Program-made: the position numbers and the translations under genes
NCBI GenBank assembly: GCA_036229005.1
Contig: JAZAMN010000006.1
Location: 32,001-96,000, forward strand
Source: Myxococcota bacterium
GTDB taxonomy: Bacteria; Myxococcota_A; UBA796; CAJQPC01
DNA: 64,000 nt
Reading direction: 5' to 3'
Shown: one piece after another, positions 19,838 through 29,521 of the stretch
How positions within the stretch are numbered: position 1 is the first letter of the stretch
Layout: every line of letters begins with the position of its first letter
Notes under the pieces: model-generated
The model's input: the letters and a program-made list of their open reading frames with translations, nothing else
Database searches by the model: none
Told to the model about the DNA's origin: nothing

Positions 19838-20006
19838 GGGAGCCTCCTTGAGGCGTATAGATGGAGGGAAGATGTGGAGGGGCCGACCCTGGCGACAGGG
19901 AGCCTCCGTGGAACCCCAGCGGATTAGCACGCTGCCAGGGTGGCCGCAAGCTCGCCGGGTACCGGGATGACCTCCATAGCGTGTCGGGTCTCAGGGCGCT
20001 AGGACT

Positions 20007-20741
20007 GTGCAGGGTATACAAGGTGTTCCGTTGAGACCGGGTCTGGCCGCACTGCTGTTCGTCGTGGGTGTCCTCTTGGTCGCCGCAGGGGCCATGGCGC
20101 CCTCCGTTCAGCTCGTCTCCGACGCCTACGCGCTGGGAATCCCCGAAGGGCTGATGGGCCAGCGCATCGTCCAGGGCGTGGGCTTCGGGGGCGGCGGTCT
20201 GGCCCTGCTGATCGCCATCATCGGCTTCTTGCCGTCCATCTACGACCCCGGCGCCGACCTGGAGCCCTATGTCCGGGTCATGCAGCCTCTGGCTCGGGAG
20301 CACGGCCGGGATGTCGAGGTCGACCCCAAGCACGGTCTGGGCTTCGTCAGCGTGACCGAGGGCCCCCGCATCGAGGTGATGGTGCAGCCCCGAGGCGCCG
20401 GCATGGCCAGCATCTGGGTGGACAGCCCGGGCCGACTGCGCCTGCTGTTCATCCCCCTGCGCGACGACACAGCCGCCGATGACCCGGAGTGGAGGCGGGT
20501 AGGGGCCCGAGAGGGTTGGGTCCTGCGCGCCGAGCTCCCCTCGGCGGCTCGGGCGTTCACCGAAGAGCCCGCGCTGGCGGCCGAGCTCGCCTTCCTGATG
20601 TCCATCCCCGAGGTGCGGGCAGTCCGCCACGACCACAGCGGCATGGAGATCATCGCCGATCTGCCGCCGCCCCAGGATATGCGCCGCTTTGTGCACAGCG
20701 CGCTGAACGTGAGCCGGCGGCTGCGCAGGCTCAACGGATGA
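20007..20741 (+). CDS. Hypothetical membrane protein
   Basis: Two N-terminal hydrophobic helices followed by a soluble domain; start uncertain. Confidence 0.6.
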   Translation: MQGIQGVPLRPGLAALLFVVGVLLVAAGAMAPSVQLVSDAYALGIPEGLMGQRIVQGVGFGGGGLALLIAIIGFLPSIYDPGADLEPYVRVMQPLAREHGRDVEVDPKHGLGFVSVTEGPRIEVMVQPRGAGMASIWVDSPGRLRLLFIPLRDDTAADDPEWRRVGAREGWVLRAELPSAARAFTEEPALAAELAFLMSIPEVRAVRHDHSGMEIIADLPPPQDMRRFVHSALNVSRRLRRLNG

Positions 20742-21629
20742 AGCGCAGCCTCCACCGCGTGGAGCTGGGCGGCCTGGACGTCCATATCCCGGTGGTGGAC
20801 ACGCACCCGGGACAGTCGCCGCGCCTGGCCATCGTGGCGGGCCTCCACGGCGACGAGCACGCGCCCTTCTGGGTGGCGCAGCGCCTGCTGGAGGGGACCT
20901 TGGCGGTGCCCACGAGGCTGGTCCTGGGCGCAAACCTGCCGGCGCTCTGGGCGGGGCAGCGCCTGGGGCCCATGGACCGCGTGGACCAGAACCGGATCGC
21001 GCACCTCAACGGTACAGGGCTCCCGACCGTGCGCCTCGCGGAGGTCGTGGCCGCGCTGGTCGATCCCGCCGAGCTGTCGGTCCACCTGCACAACTTCGAG
21101 CTGGAGGCGCCCCTGGTGGCCATCGAGCCTCCAGGGCTGTCCGCGGAGCGTCAGCGCCGCCACGACGGCTACCTCCGGGCGCTTCAGCCGGCGGTGGTCT
21201 GGCAGGTCGGCGGCAGCGCTCCGGACCGCTTCGCCTGGGAGACCAGCTTCGATCGCCTCTGCGAGGCCCGCGGGGTGGACGTGCTCGCGGTGGAGATGGG
21301 GCCGCTGAGCGGGGACTTGCAGGGCGCGCGGGCGGCGGTTCGAGGCCTGCGCGCCCTCGCTGCCAGCCTGGCGGGGCAGGGGCCCGGGCAGTCGACTCCG
21401 CTGCTGCGGGGGCCGCGGCACCTGCTCAGGAGTCCGGACTGGGGCCTCTTCGAGCCTGATGCTCCGGTCGGTGCCCGTCTACAGGCGGGTGACCCCGGGG
21501 ACACTGTGTCCCCCCGGGGGCGGTGAGGTGCACCCCGTAGTGGCGACGGTGGGCGGCCTGTTGATGCAGCGCTCAGGTCCTGCTCTCCTCTCTCCGGGGC
21601 AGATCCTGGGCGCGCTCGTAGCGTTCTGA
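20738..21629 (+). pseudogene. Succinylglutamate desuccinylase/aspartoacylase (M14-like) protein, frameshifted near 21497
   Basis: AGLHGDE, DQNR, HLH, VEMG motifs; annotated frame stops at 21526, while the +1 frame continues GTLCPPGGGEVHPVVATVGGLL...PGQILGAL to TGA 21629; may be a sequencing error. Confidence 0.65.
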
Positions 21630-21638
21630 GCGGGCGGC

Positions 21639-21824
21639 TCAGATGTTGAAGTCGATGATGACCACGCCGCGCTCTTGCGGCTTCTCTTCTTTTCCGTCCG
21701 GGCGGCGGTCGCGGGGATCCGGCTCCCGGTTCGGGCGAGGAGCCTCGATCCGGGGGCGCATGTCCGTGTTTCGGGCCCGCTCACGTTCACGCTGGATGCG
21801 GTCGATGATGTAGGCGTCGAGCAT
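21639..21824 (-). CDS. Small hypothetical protein (61 aa)
   Basis: MLDAYIIDRIQRERE...RGVVIIDFNI; AGGAG RBS; strong GC3 bias. Confidence 0.75.
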   Translation of the reverse strand: MLDAYIIDRIQRERERARNTDMRPRIEAPRPNREPDPRDRRPDGKEEKPQERGVVIIDFNI

Positions 21825-21944
21825 TGGGGCGCTCCTGACGTCGGTGAGAAGACTATAGCACCGGGTCTTCATGGGGCAATTCCTGAGGCGGGGCCGGAGG
21901 ACAGTGAAGCTCACTGTTCCCAACGGATCCTGAGCGTCAGGTAT

Positions 21945-22676
21945 TCACCGAGTCTTGGAGGGAAAGTCCTTTGCGAGGACGCGGGCCTGCACCGCCAGGG
22001 CCTCGTAGAGCTCCGAGAGCTCGGGCCTGTGTTCGCGGATCGCGGCTTGGTGCTGGGCAATCACGGGCTCGTCCCCCCGCGCGAAGGGGCCCGTCAGCGC
22101 CTGGGCTGGGGAGCTCAGAGCCGCCTGTTTGAGGCTCGCCATGGCCAGCGGAGCGAGCAGCGCAGGGGCCTGTCCGGGGTCGACGCCGGCCTCCGCCATG
22201 AGCTGGGATGCGGCCTGGAGCAGCACCGTCGCGAAGTTGCCCGCCATCACGGCGGATGCGTGGTAGAGCCGGCGGTCTCCGGGGACATGAAAGGGGGAGA
22301 AGCCCAGGTCCAGCGCGAGCTGGCGTGACGCGTCAAGAGCGGCGGGGGTTCCGGCGATCGCGGCGGGCACATCCTGGATGGGCGGAATGGCCACCTCGGG
22401 GCCCGGGAAGCTCTGCAGGGGGTGGAGGGAGCCGTGCTCGGTGTGCTGCGCGACGGGGCCCAACCCCTGGGATCCGCTCGCGTGCAACACGATGGGACCC
22501 GCTGGCACCAGCGAGGACACGCTGGCGATGGCCGCATCGCTCACGGTCAGCCAGGCGACATCGCAGGTGGGGTGGGGCTCGCCGCGCCGCCAGATCACGA
22601 CCTGGTGGCCCGCGGCGGGCAGCAGCTCGGCCAGGGTGCGGCCCAATCGGCCGGGGCCGTAGATGGCGATGCGCAT
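21945..22676 (-). CDS. Rossmann-like plus DUF2520 oxidoreductase
   Basis: YGPGRLG, HASGS, SLHPLQSF, LYHASAVMAGNF, LTGPFARGD. Confidence 0.88.
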   Translation of the reverse strand: MRIAIYGPGRLGRTLAELLPAAGHQVVIWRRGEPHPTCDVAWLTVSDAAIASVSSLVPAGPIVLHASGSQGLGPVAQHTEHGSLHPLQSFPGPEVAIPPIQDVPAAIAGTPAALDASRQLALDLGFSPFHVPGDRRLYHASAVMAGNFATVLLQAASQLMAEAGVDPGQAPALLAPLAMASLKQAALSSPAQALTGPFARGDEPVIAQHQAAIREHRPELSELYEALAVQARVLAKDFPSKTR

Positions 22677-22735
22677 GTCAGCTCCTGTGCATTGCTATGG
22701 TGACCAGGCTGGAGGGGCACGCCCCGGGAGCGTCC

Positions 22736-23977
22736 ATGCAGCTAGAGCGCATCCTGATCGCCGAGCGAGGCCCCCTGGCGGGCATGCTCCACCGCAGCCT
22801 GCTGGCCAGCGGGTACGAGACCGTCGCCGTGTTCGGGGAGAAGGACCAGCTCGCGCCCCACGTGGAGGAGGCCTCCTACGCCGCATACGTCCCCGGTCTG
22901 GACCGCGAGGGCGACCTGATCGGCGCCTGCCTGGACGCTGGCTGTGACGCGCTGCATCCGGGCGCTGGGCCCTTGGCCGAGAACGAGAAGCTGGCCGCAG
23001 ACTGCAGGGACGCTGGGCTGGCCTTCATCGGGCCGCGCCCGGAGCAGATCGAGGGCCTCTCGAACCGCTGGACCACCCGGGAGCTCTGCGTGGCCTCGGC
23101 GGTGCCGGTGGTGCCGGGCAGCCCGCTGCTGCTGAACCACCAACAGGTCCGCGAGCAGGCCAAGGCGCTGGGGCTCCCGCTCTGGCTCAAGAACCCCTGG
23201 GGCCTGGAGCCCATGCGCTTCACGGAGCTCGAGCCCCTGGTCGAGGAGGCCACCGCGCGCATCCACGCGGGGCAGCGCGTCTGGCTGGAGCGCCACGTCC
23301 CGGACGCCCGCCACGTCACGGTCACCGTGGTGGCCGATCAGTCCGGCGAGGTCGTCCCTCTGGGCGTCCAGGAGCGGAGCAGTCGCCACCAGGGCCGGCT
23401 GTCCATCGAGCAGGCTCCAGCCCCCGTGTCGGCCGCGCTCTCCGCCGCACTGGAGGACGCCGCGGTCGCGGTCGCCAAGGCGGTCCGTTTTGTGGGCGTG
23501 GGGAGCGTGGGTTTCCTGGTCGACCCCAGCGGCGCCGCCCCCTGCATCGGGCTTCGCCCGCGCCTGTCCATGAGCTCTCTGCTCACCGATGTCCGCCACG
23601 GCCTGCGCCTGGCCGAGGTCCAGGTCCGCGTGGTCACTGGCGGCCCCATCGGCTGGACCCGCGAGGAGCTGGCCCCCCAGGAGGTCGCGCTCTCCATCCG
23701 CATCCGCGCCCGCAGCCGCGGCACCCTGGAGGCGCTGGACTTCCCCGCTGACGTACAGGTGGAGACCGCGCTGGCTCCCCAGATGGACGTGGGGGAGGGG
23801 GCCGTGCTCGCCGTGCTGGTCATCCGCCACACGAGCCGCCCAAGCTGCGTGGTGCGCGCCATCGCCGCCCTCAAGGAGGCCCGCGTTGTGGGCGTCGAGA
23901 CCGACATCGCCGAGTGCGTCGAGCTGCTGGGGGACCCCACCTTCTGGAGCGGCGGGGTGGTCGCGGGCGAGAGCTAG
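22736..23977 (+). CDS. Biotin carboxylase-like protein with degenerate active site
   Basis: ILIAERG, DALHPGAGPLAENE, FIGPRPEQI, VPVVPGS, EQAPAP, VGVETDI are colinear with AccC. Confidence 0.8.
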   Translation: MQLERILIAERGPLAGMLHRSLLASGYETVAVFGEKDQLAPHVEEASYAAYVPGLDREGDLIGACLDAGCDALHPGAGPLAENEKLAADCRDAGLAFIGPRPEQIEGLSNRWTTRELCVASAVPVVPGSPLLLNHQQVREQAKALGLPLWLKNPWGLEPMRFTELEPLVEEATARIHAGQRVWLERHVPDARHVTVTVVADQSGEVVPLGVQERSSRHQGRLSIEQAPAPVSAALSAALEDAAVAVAKAVRFVGVGSVGFLVDPSGAAPCIGLRPRLSMSSLLTDVRHGLRLAEVQVRVVTGGPIGWTREELAPQEVALSIRIRARSRGTLEALDFPADVQVETALAPQMDVGEGAVLAVLVIRHTSRPSCVVRAIAALKEARVVGVETDIAECVELLGDPTFWSGGVVAGES

Positions 23978-24010
23978 CAATAGGAGGGGCGCCTTTCCCT
24001 GGAGCCCCAA

Positions 24011-24397
24011 ATGGCCGGCAACCGCCCCCAGCGCATCGCTGAGCTCGTGCACGCAGACCTCGCAAAGCTCATCCGCAACGAGGTCAAGGACCCCCGCGTG
24101 GGCATGGTCAGCATCACCCACGTCAAGGTCACAGGAGACCTGCGCATGGCCTTCGTCCACGTCACGCCCCTGGGCGGGCTCGGCGACGGGCAGGAGATGC
24201 TCGAGGGCCTCCAGGCTGCCGCGCCGTACCTCCGCCGCCTGCTCGGGAAGACCCTGCGCCTGCGGCACACCCTGGCCCTCGAGTTCCGCCTGGATGATGG
24301 CGTCGACGAGGCCGTGCGCATGACCGCCATGCTCAACAAGATGGCCGACGCCCGCGCGGACAGCGACAAGGAAGCCAGCAGCGAAGGGGAGGAGTAG
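24011..24397 (+). CDS. rbfA: Ribosome-binding factor A
   Basis: EVKDPRVGMVSITHVKVTGDL, LRLRHTLALEFRLD. Confidence 0.95.
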   Translation: MAGNRPQRIAELVHADLAKLIRNEVKDPRVGMVSITHVKVTGDLRMAFVHVTPLGGLGDGQEMLEGLQAAAPYLRRLLGKTLRLRHTLALEFRLDDGVDEAVRMTAMLNKMADARADSDKEASSEGEE

Positions 24398-24398
24398 C

Positions 24399-25367
24399 TT
24401 GCGCGGCTTCCTGGTCCTGGACAAGCCCGCTGGCCCCACCTCCCACGACCTCGTCGGCATCCTGCGTTCGCTGATCGGGGTCAAGCGGGTAGGGCACACC
24501 GGCACGCTGGACCCTTTCGCCACCGGCGTGCTCCCCCTGGCCATCGGTCCGGCCACGCGCCTGATCTCTTTCCTGGATGAGGCGAGCAAGGGCTACGAGG
24601 CCGATCTCACGCTGGGGCAAGCCACCGAGACCGGTGACCTGGAGGGCACCGTCGTGGAGACCGGTCCCATCGTCGAGGTCACCGGGTTCGACGCTGTGGC
24701 CTCGGACTTTGTCGGCGAGCTGACCCAGCGGGCGCCGCCCTACTCGGCGGTCAAGGTCGACGGCAAGCCCCTGTACAAGTACGCCCGCGAGGGGGATCTG
24801 CGCTGGGGTCCCGAGCGCAGCATCCAGGTCTCCGCAATCGAGCGGCTGCCCAGCGAGACGCCGGGCTGCCTGCGCTTCTCGGTGCAGTGCAGCCGGGGCA
24901 CCTACGTACGCGTTCTGGGCATGGACATCGCCAAGGCGATGCGGACGGTGGGGCACCTGAGCGCGCTGCGGCGCACCCACTCGGGGGCCTTCCACATCAA
25001 GCAAGCCCTGGGCATCGAGGATCTGGCCGAGGCGGCCACCGGGTCCCGCGACTGGCGCAAGGCCTTCGCTCGGGACCGCAATGAGCGCCTGCCGCGGGTG
25101 CCTCGCGAGGAGATCCGCGCCTTCATCCAGCAGCACCTCGTTGGCATCCAGGAGGCCTTCTCGGGGTGGGAGGTGCAGGAGTGCTCGGAGGGTGAGGCCC
25201 GGCGTGTGCGGGACGGGATCTCGCCTCCCTCCAAGCTCCCGGTGGGGACCCGGCTGCTGCTGATGCGGCAGGGGGAGGTGCTCGCGCTGGGAGAGCGGCA
25301 GCCCCACAAGGGCGGGGTGCGGACCCGGCTCTTGCGCGTGTTGCCCCCCTTGACCCCGGAGCCTTGA
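24399..25367 (+). CDS. truB: tRNA pseudouridine(55) synthase
   Basis: DKPAGPTSHD, GHTGTLDPFATGVL, PPYSAVKVDGKPLY, CSRGTYVR. Confidence 0.96.
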   Translation: MRGFLVLDKPAGPTSHDLVGILRSLIGVKRVGHTGTLDPFATGVLPLAIGPATRLISFLDEASKGYEADLTLGQATETGDLEGTVVETGPIVEVTGFDAVASDFVGELTQRAPPYSAVKVDGKPLYKYAREGDLRWGPERSIQVSAIERLPSETPGCLRFSVQCSRGTYVRVLGMDIAKAMRTVGHLSALRRTHSGAFHIKQALGIEDLAEAATGSRDWRKAFARDRNERLPRVPREEIRAFIQQHLVGIQEAFSGWEVQECSEGEARRVRDGISPPSKLPVGTRLLLMRQGEVLALGERQPHKGGVRTRLLRVLPPLTPEP

Positions 25368-25378
25368 GGGGCTAAGTG
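25350..25378 (+). promoter_or_regulatory. Putative sigma70 promoter of rpsO
   Basis: TTGACC-N17-TAAGTG. Confidence 0.5.
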
Positions 25379-25501
25379 GGGGCCGACTGGGGATAGATTC
25401 CGACGGCCTCTGCGGCTGGGCGAGATGGCGGCCACCCCCAGGGCCGTCGCGCCAACTCACCCCGCTGCGGTTGCCGCATACCAACACTGAGAGAGAACAC
25501 C

Positions 25502-25771
25502 ATGGCGCTCCACGCCTCCCAGAAGGCCAGCATCGTCGCCGAGTACGCCACCCACGAGGGTGACACCGGCTCCCCCGAGGTGCAGATCGCGCTGCTCACC
25601 GCTCGCATCCGCCAGCTCACCGAGCACTTCCGCGATCACAAGCAGGACAACCACTCCCGCCGCGGGCTGCTCAAGCTCGTCGGTCAGCGTCGTCGCCTGC
25701 AGCGCTACCTCAAGAACAAGGACGAGGCTCGCTACGCCGAGCTGATCAAGCGCCTGGGTCTCCGCCGCTGA
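25502..25771 (+). CDS. rpsO: 30S ribosomal protein S15
   Basis: [31 protein letters not shown]. Confidence 0.98.
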   Translation: MALHASQKASIVAEYATHEGDTGSPEVQIALLTARIRQLTEHFRDHKQDNHSRRGLLKLVGQRRRLQRYLKNKDEARYAELIKRLGLRR

Positions 25772-25777
25772 GTCCTT

Positions 25778-25811
25778 CGAGAGGTCGGGTCACTCCGGCC
25801 TCTCGCTCTTT
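25778..25811 (+). terminator. Hairpin/terminator after rpsO
   Basis: CGAGAGGTCGG-GTCACT-CCGGCCTCTCG followed by CTCTTT. Confidence 0.6.
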
Positions 25812-26073
25812 GTGGGGGCGCTCGCTCAAGGCAGGGCCCCCACAGGTCGAAGCGAGGCTTCGGCACCGCGCAAGCGGAACGATCTACATCTCATCAACGC
25901 GTCGTCGACAACCGTCCTCCTCGTACTCCTCCGCGGACTGAGCGTGAGGGTTCACCTCTCGGGCTCATTCCGAGAAGGTCTACGGGGACTCAAGGGGGGC
26001 AGGGGTCGGCGACACCCCAAGAATGGACCGCATCCCCGCAGTGGGGGTGGGTCCACGCAATAGGAGTACGCCC

Positions 26074-28185
26074 ATGCATGGCGTGAACGAACACTCTGTC
26101 TCCGTCGAGATCGGCGGCCAGACCCTCACCTTCTCCACCGGCAAGTACGCCAAGCAGGCGCACGGTGCCGTCGTCGTCGACGTCGCGGACTCCCGCGTCC
26201 TGGTCACCGCGGTGTGCATGCACACCCCGACCCGCTTCGACTTCATGCCCCTGACCGTCGACTACGTCGACAAGGAGGGCGCCCGCGGCTCCATCCCCGG
26301 TGGCTTCCTCAAGCGCGAGGGCCGGGGCAACGAGCGCACCACGCTGATCAGCCGCGTCATCGACCGGCCCATCCGCCCCCTCTTCCCCAAGCACTTCCGC
26401 AACGAGACCCAGATCATCGCGACGGTCATGTCCTACGACAAGGACTTCGAGACCGACTGGATGAGCCTCTGCGGTGCCTCCGCGGCTCTGCACATCTCCG
26501 ACGCCCCCGTGAAGGAGGCCGTCGCCGGCGTGCGCATCTGCCAGGTCGACGGTGAGCTGGTCGTCAACCCCAGCTTCGAGGCCCGCCGCGCCTCCACCCT
26601 GAACATCATCGTGGCCGGCACCGCCGAGGCCATCATCATGGTCGAGGGTGGCGCCAACGAGGTGTCCGAGTCCGTGATGCTGGACGCGCTGGATCTGGCC
26701 CATGAGAACATCAAGGCCATCATCGGCGCCCTGGACGAGCTCCGCGCCAAGGCCGGCGTGCCCAAGCGTGAGGTGGCTGCTGCCCCCGCCGCTCCCTCCG
26801 ACATCGCCGAGAAGGTCGCCGCCTTCGCCGACAAGGTCAAGGAGGCCCAGAGCGTCAAGGCCAAGCACGAGCGCAAGGCCGCCCTGTCCGCCGTCAAGGA
26901 CGAGGTCGTGGCTGCCCTGACCGAGGGCGTGTCCGAGGACGAGCTCGAGGCTCTGACCAACGACGTCAAGGCCGCTTTCTCCTCCCTGGACAAGAAGGTC
27001 ATGCGCGACCGCGTCATCGGCGAGGGCGTCCGCATCGACGGCCGCGCCACCGACGAGATCCGCGACATCTGGTCCGAGGTCGGTGTGGCCGAGCGCGCCC
27101 ACGGCTCCGCCATCTTCACCCGCGGCGAGACCCAGGCCTTCTGCACCATCGCCATGGGCACCGAGCGCGACAACCAGCGCATCGACTGGGCCGGCGCCCA
27201 CGAGCCCTTCCGCAACTGGATGCTGACCTACAGCTTCCCCCCCTTCTGCACCGGCGAGGCCCGCCCCCTGCGCGCCCCCAAGCGCCGCGAGGTCGGTCAC
27301 GGCGCCCTGGCGCACCGCGCCGTCGAGCCCGTGCTGCCCAGCTTCGAGGACTTCCCCTACGTGCTGCGCTCCACGGTCGACGTGCTGGAGAGCAACGGCT
27401 CCTCCTCCATGGCCACCGTGTGCTCCTCCGTGCTGGCGCTGATGGACGCGGGTGTGCCCATCAAGGCCCCCGTGGCCGGCATCGCCATGGGCCTGATCAA
27501 GGAGGGTGATGAGTTCGCCGTCCTCTCCGACATCCTGGGCGACGAGGACCACCTCGGCGACATGGACTTCAAGGTGACCGGCACCCGCGAGGGCATCACC
27601 GCCTTCCAGATGGACTGCAAGATCGCCGGTGTCCCCCGCGAGGTCATGGCCAAGGCCCTGAACCAGGCGCGCGAGGGCCGCATCCACATCCTGGACGAGA
27701 TGGGCAAGTGCCTGGAGGCTCCCCGCGGTGAGCTCTCCCAGCACGCTCCCCGCATCACCAGCCTGATGATCAAGCCGGACAAGATCCGCGACCTGATCGG
27801 CCCCGGCGGCAAGGTGATCCGCGGCATCCAGGAGAAGACCAACACCACCCTGAACGTGGACGACAACGGCCGCGTGCAGATCGCCGCAGTGAACGGTGAG
27901 GACGCCGACAAGGCCCTGGCAATGATCCGCGAGATCACCCAGGAGGCCGAGCTCGGCAAGCTCTACATGGGCGTGGTCAAGCGCGTGGTGGACTTCGGCG
28001 CATTCGTCGAGATCTTCCCCGGCACCGACGGCCTGGTGCACATCAGCCACCTGGCCCAGGAGCGCGTGGACAAGGTGACCGACGTGGTGAACGAGGGCGA
28101 CGAGCTGCTGGTTCGCGTCATCGACATCGACAAGTCCGGCAAGATCCGCCTGAGCCGCAAGGAGGCTCTGGACGTCTCCGCCTGA
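26074..28185 (+). CDS. pnp: Polyribonucleotide nucleotidyltransferase
   Basis: IPGGFLKREG, FTRGETQA, RREVGHGALA, ESNGSSSMA, DHLGDMDFK, KH and S1 domains; TAGGAG RBS. Confidence 0.98.
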   Translation: MHGVNEHSVSVEIGGQTLTFSTGKYAKQAHGAVVVDVADSRVLVTAVCMHTPTRFDFMPLTVDYVDKEGARGSIPGGFLKREGRGNERTTLISRVIDRPIRPLFPKHFRNETQIIATVMSYDKDFETDWMSLCGASAALHISDAPVKEAVAGVRICQVDGELVVNPSFEARRASTLNIIVAGTAEAIIMVEGGANEVSESVMLDALDLAHENIKAIIGALDELRAKAGVPKREVAAAPAAPSDIAEKVAAFADKVKEAQSVKAKHERKAALSAVKDEVVAALTEGVSEDELEALTNDVKAAFSSLDKKVMRDRVIGEGVRIDGRATDEIRDIWSEVGVAERAHGSAIFTRGETQAFCTIAMGTERDNQRIDWAGAHEPFRNWMLTYSFPPFCTGEARPLRAPKRREVGHGALAHRAVEPVLPSFEDFPYVLRSTVDVLESNGSSSMATVCSSVLALMDAGVPIKAPVAGIAMGLIKEGDEFAVLSDILGDEDHLGDMDFKVTGTREGITAFQMDCKIAGVPREVMAKALNQAREGRIHILDEMGKCLEAPRGELSQHAPRITSLMIKPDKIRDLIGPGGKVIRGIQEKTNTTLNVDDNGRVQIAAVNGEDADKALAMIREITQEAELGKLYMGVVKRVVDFGAFVEIFPGTDGLVHISHLAQERVDKVTDVVNEGDELLVRVIDIDKSGKIRLSRKEALDVSA

Positions 28186-28208
28186 TGGTTGAGACGCTCC
28201 GGCGTTAG

Positions 28209-28245
28209 AAGGGGTGGGCCCGCATGGGTCCGCCCCTTTTCCTTT
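28209..28245 (+). terminator. Intrinsic terminator after pnp
   Basis: AAGGGGTGGGCCC-GCAT-GGGTCCGCCCCTT followed by TTCCTTT. Confidence 0.75.
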
Positions 28246-28260
28246 CACGGAGCCCCCGAA

Positions 28261-28716
28261 ATGTCCCGCCCCACCGTCCGCTTTCAGCGCCTGCCCCACA
28301 ACACCGACCTGCCTCTGCCGGCCTACCAGACCGAAGGCAGCGCGGGCATGGATCTCCGGGCGGCGCTTGGGGAGGAGCTGGTCCTGCAGCCCCTGCAGCG
28401 GGTGGCCGTACCGACGGGGCTGCGCATTGAGCTCCCGCACGGGTACGAGGGCCAGGTCCGCGCGAGGTCAGGCTTGGCCTACAAGAAGGGGCTGGCCGTG
28501 ATCAACGGACCGGGGACCATCGACTGGGACTACCGGGGGGAGCTCAAGGTGCTGCTCACCAACCTGGACCCGGAGCCCCAGACCATCGCGCCGGGGGAGC
28601 GCATCGCGCAGCTTGTGGTCGTCCCGGTGGTGCAGGCCGAGGTCGTGGAGGTCGCCGAGATCACCTCGACGACGGAGCGGGGTGCTGGGGGGTTCGGGTC
28701 AACCGGCACCCGATAG
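28261..28716 (+). CDS. dut: dUTP diphosphatase
   Basis: [38 protein letters not shown]. Confidence 0.97.
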   Translation: MSRPTVRFQRLPHNTDLPLPAYQTEGSAGMDLRAALGEELVLQPLQRVAVPTGLRIELPHGYEGQVRARSGLAYKKGLAVINGPGTIDWDYRGELKVLLTNLDPEPQTIAPGERIAQLVVVPVVQAEVVEVAEITSTTERGAGGFGSTGTR

Positions 28717-28810
28717 GGGGCCGAGCGGACCAGCGGTGGGCCCCAGAGCAGAGCGGCCGACCCCGAAGGGCCGGCCGCGTCCGTGCCAAGCGGTACCTCG
28801 ACCCGAGGGA

Positions 28811-29521
28811 TCAGAGGTAGCCGTTGTCCACGTAGTAGGGGCACTCGCCGTAGCAGAAGTTGCTCACGCCGTCGCTCAGGCACTGGAACCCGGCGGGGCA
28901 GCTATCCGCGTTGTTCGGGTTGCAGGTGGGCATGCAGAAGTCCTCGTGGCAGAGGTTCTGGTAGCAGTAGCGGCCGTTGACCCAGTCCTCGCCGTAGGTG
29001 GAGCCGGCGGGGCACTCGGAGGCGCTGTTGACGTACTGGATAATGAAGGGGTCGCAGGTCTCGTTGCCGCTGCACTGCCCATCGCCGCTGCAGGTCTTGT
29101 CCGTGGCGTAGGCAACGCAGGCCTCGGTCCCCGAGCAGCCGGTCCAGAGCTCCATGCTGTCGCAGTTCTGGGAGCACAGGTCGATCGGGGAGTCGTAGCA
29201 CTGCCCGGTCACCGAGTCGCAGAGCTGCCCCACCGCGCAGTCCAGCTCCGCCGTCCGGCAGGCGCTGTCTTCGCACTCGTGGGTCTGGGTGTTGCAGTCC
29301 TGGCCGGCCAGGCAGTCGTCATCGACCTCACAGCCGGCGCGGCAGACGTAGTTGCGGGGGTCGCAGAACTGCCCGATCTCGCACTCGGAGGACTCCAGGC
29401 ACTGAACGGTGGCGCAGGAGCCGTCCACGCAGGCCTGCCCCTCGTCGCAGTCGGTGATGTCCACGCACTCTGCGGTGCCAGCGCCGCCCTCGCAGGCGAG
29501 CATCATCAGAAGGAAGGTCAC
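28811..29521 (-). CDS. Cysteine-rich lipoprotein
   Basis: Lipobox MLAC; repeated C-x4/5-C-x2-GQ-x-C units. Confidence 0.8.
   Translation of the reverse strand: MTFLLMMLACEGGAGTAECVDITDCDEGQACVDGSCATVQCLESSECEIGQFCDPRNYVCRAGCEVDDDCLAGQDCNTQTHECEDSACRTAELDCAVGQLCDSVTGQCYDSPIDLCSQNCDSMELWTGCSGTEACVAYATDKTCSGDGQCSGNETCDPFIIQYVNSASECPAGSTYGEDWVNGRYCYQNLCHEDFCMPTCNPNNADSCPAGFQCLSDGVSNFCYGECPYYVDNGYL

Noticed and set aside
25990..28440. 816-aa minus-strand ORF
   Set aside because: Antisense shadow of pnp
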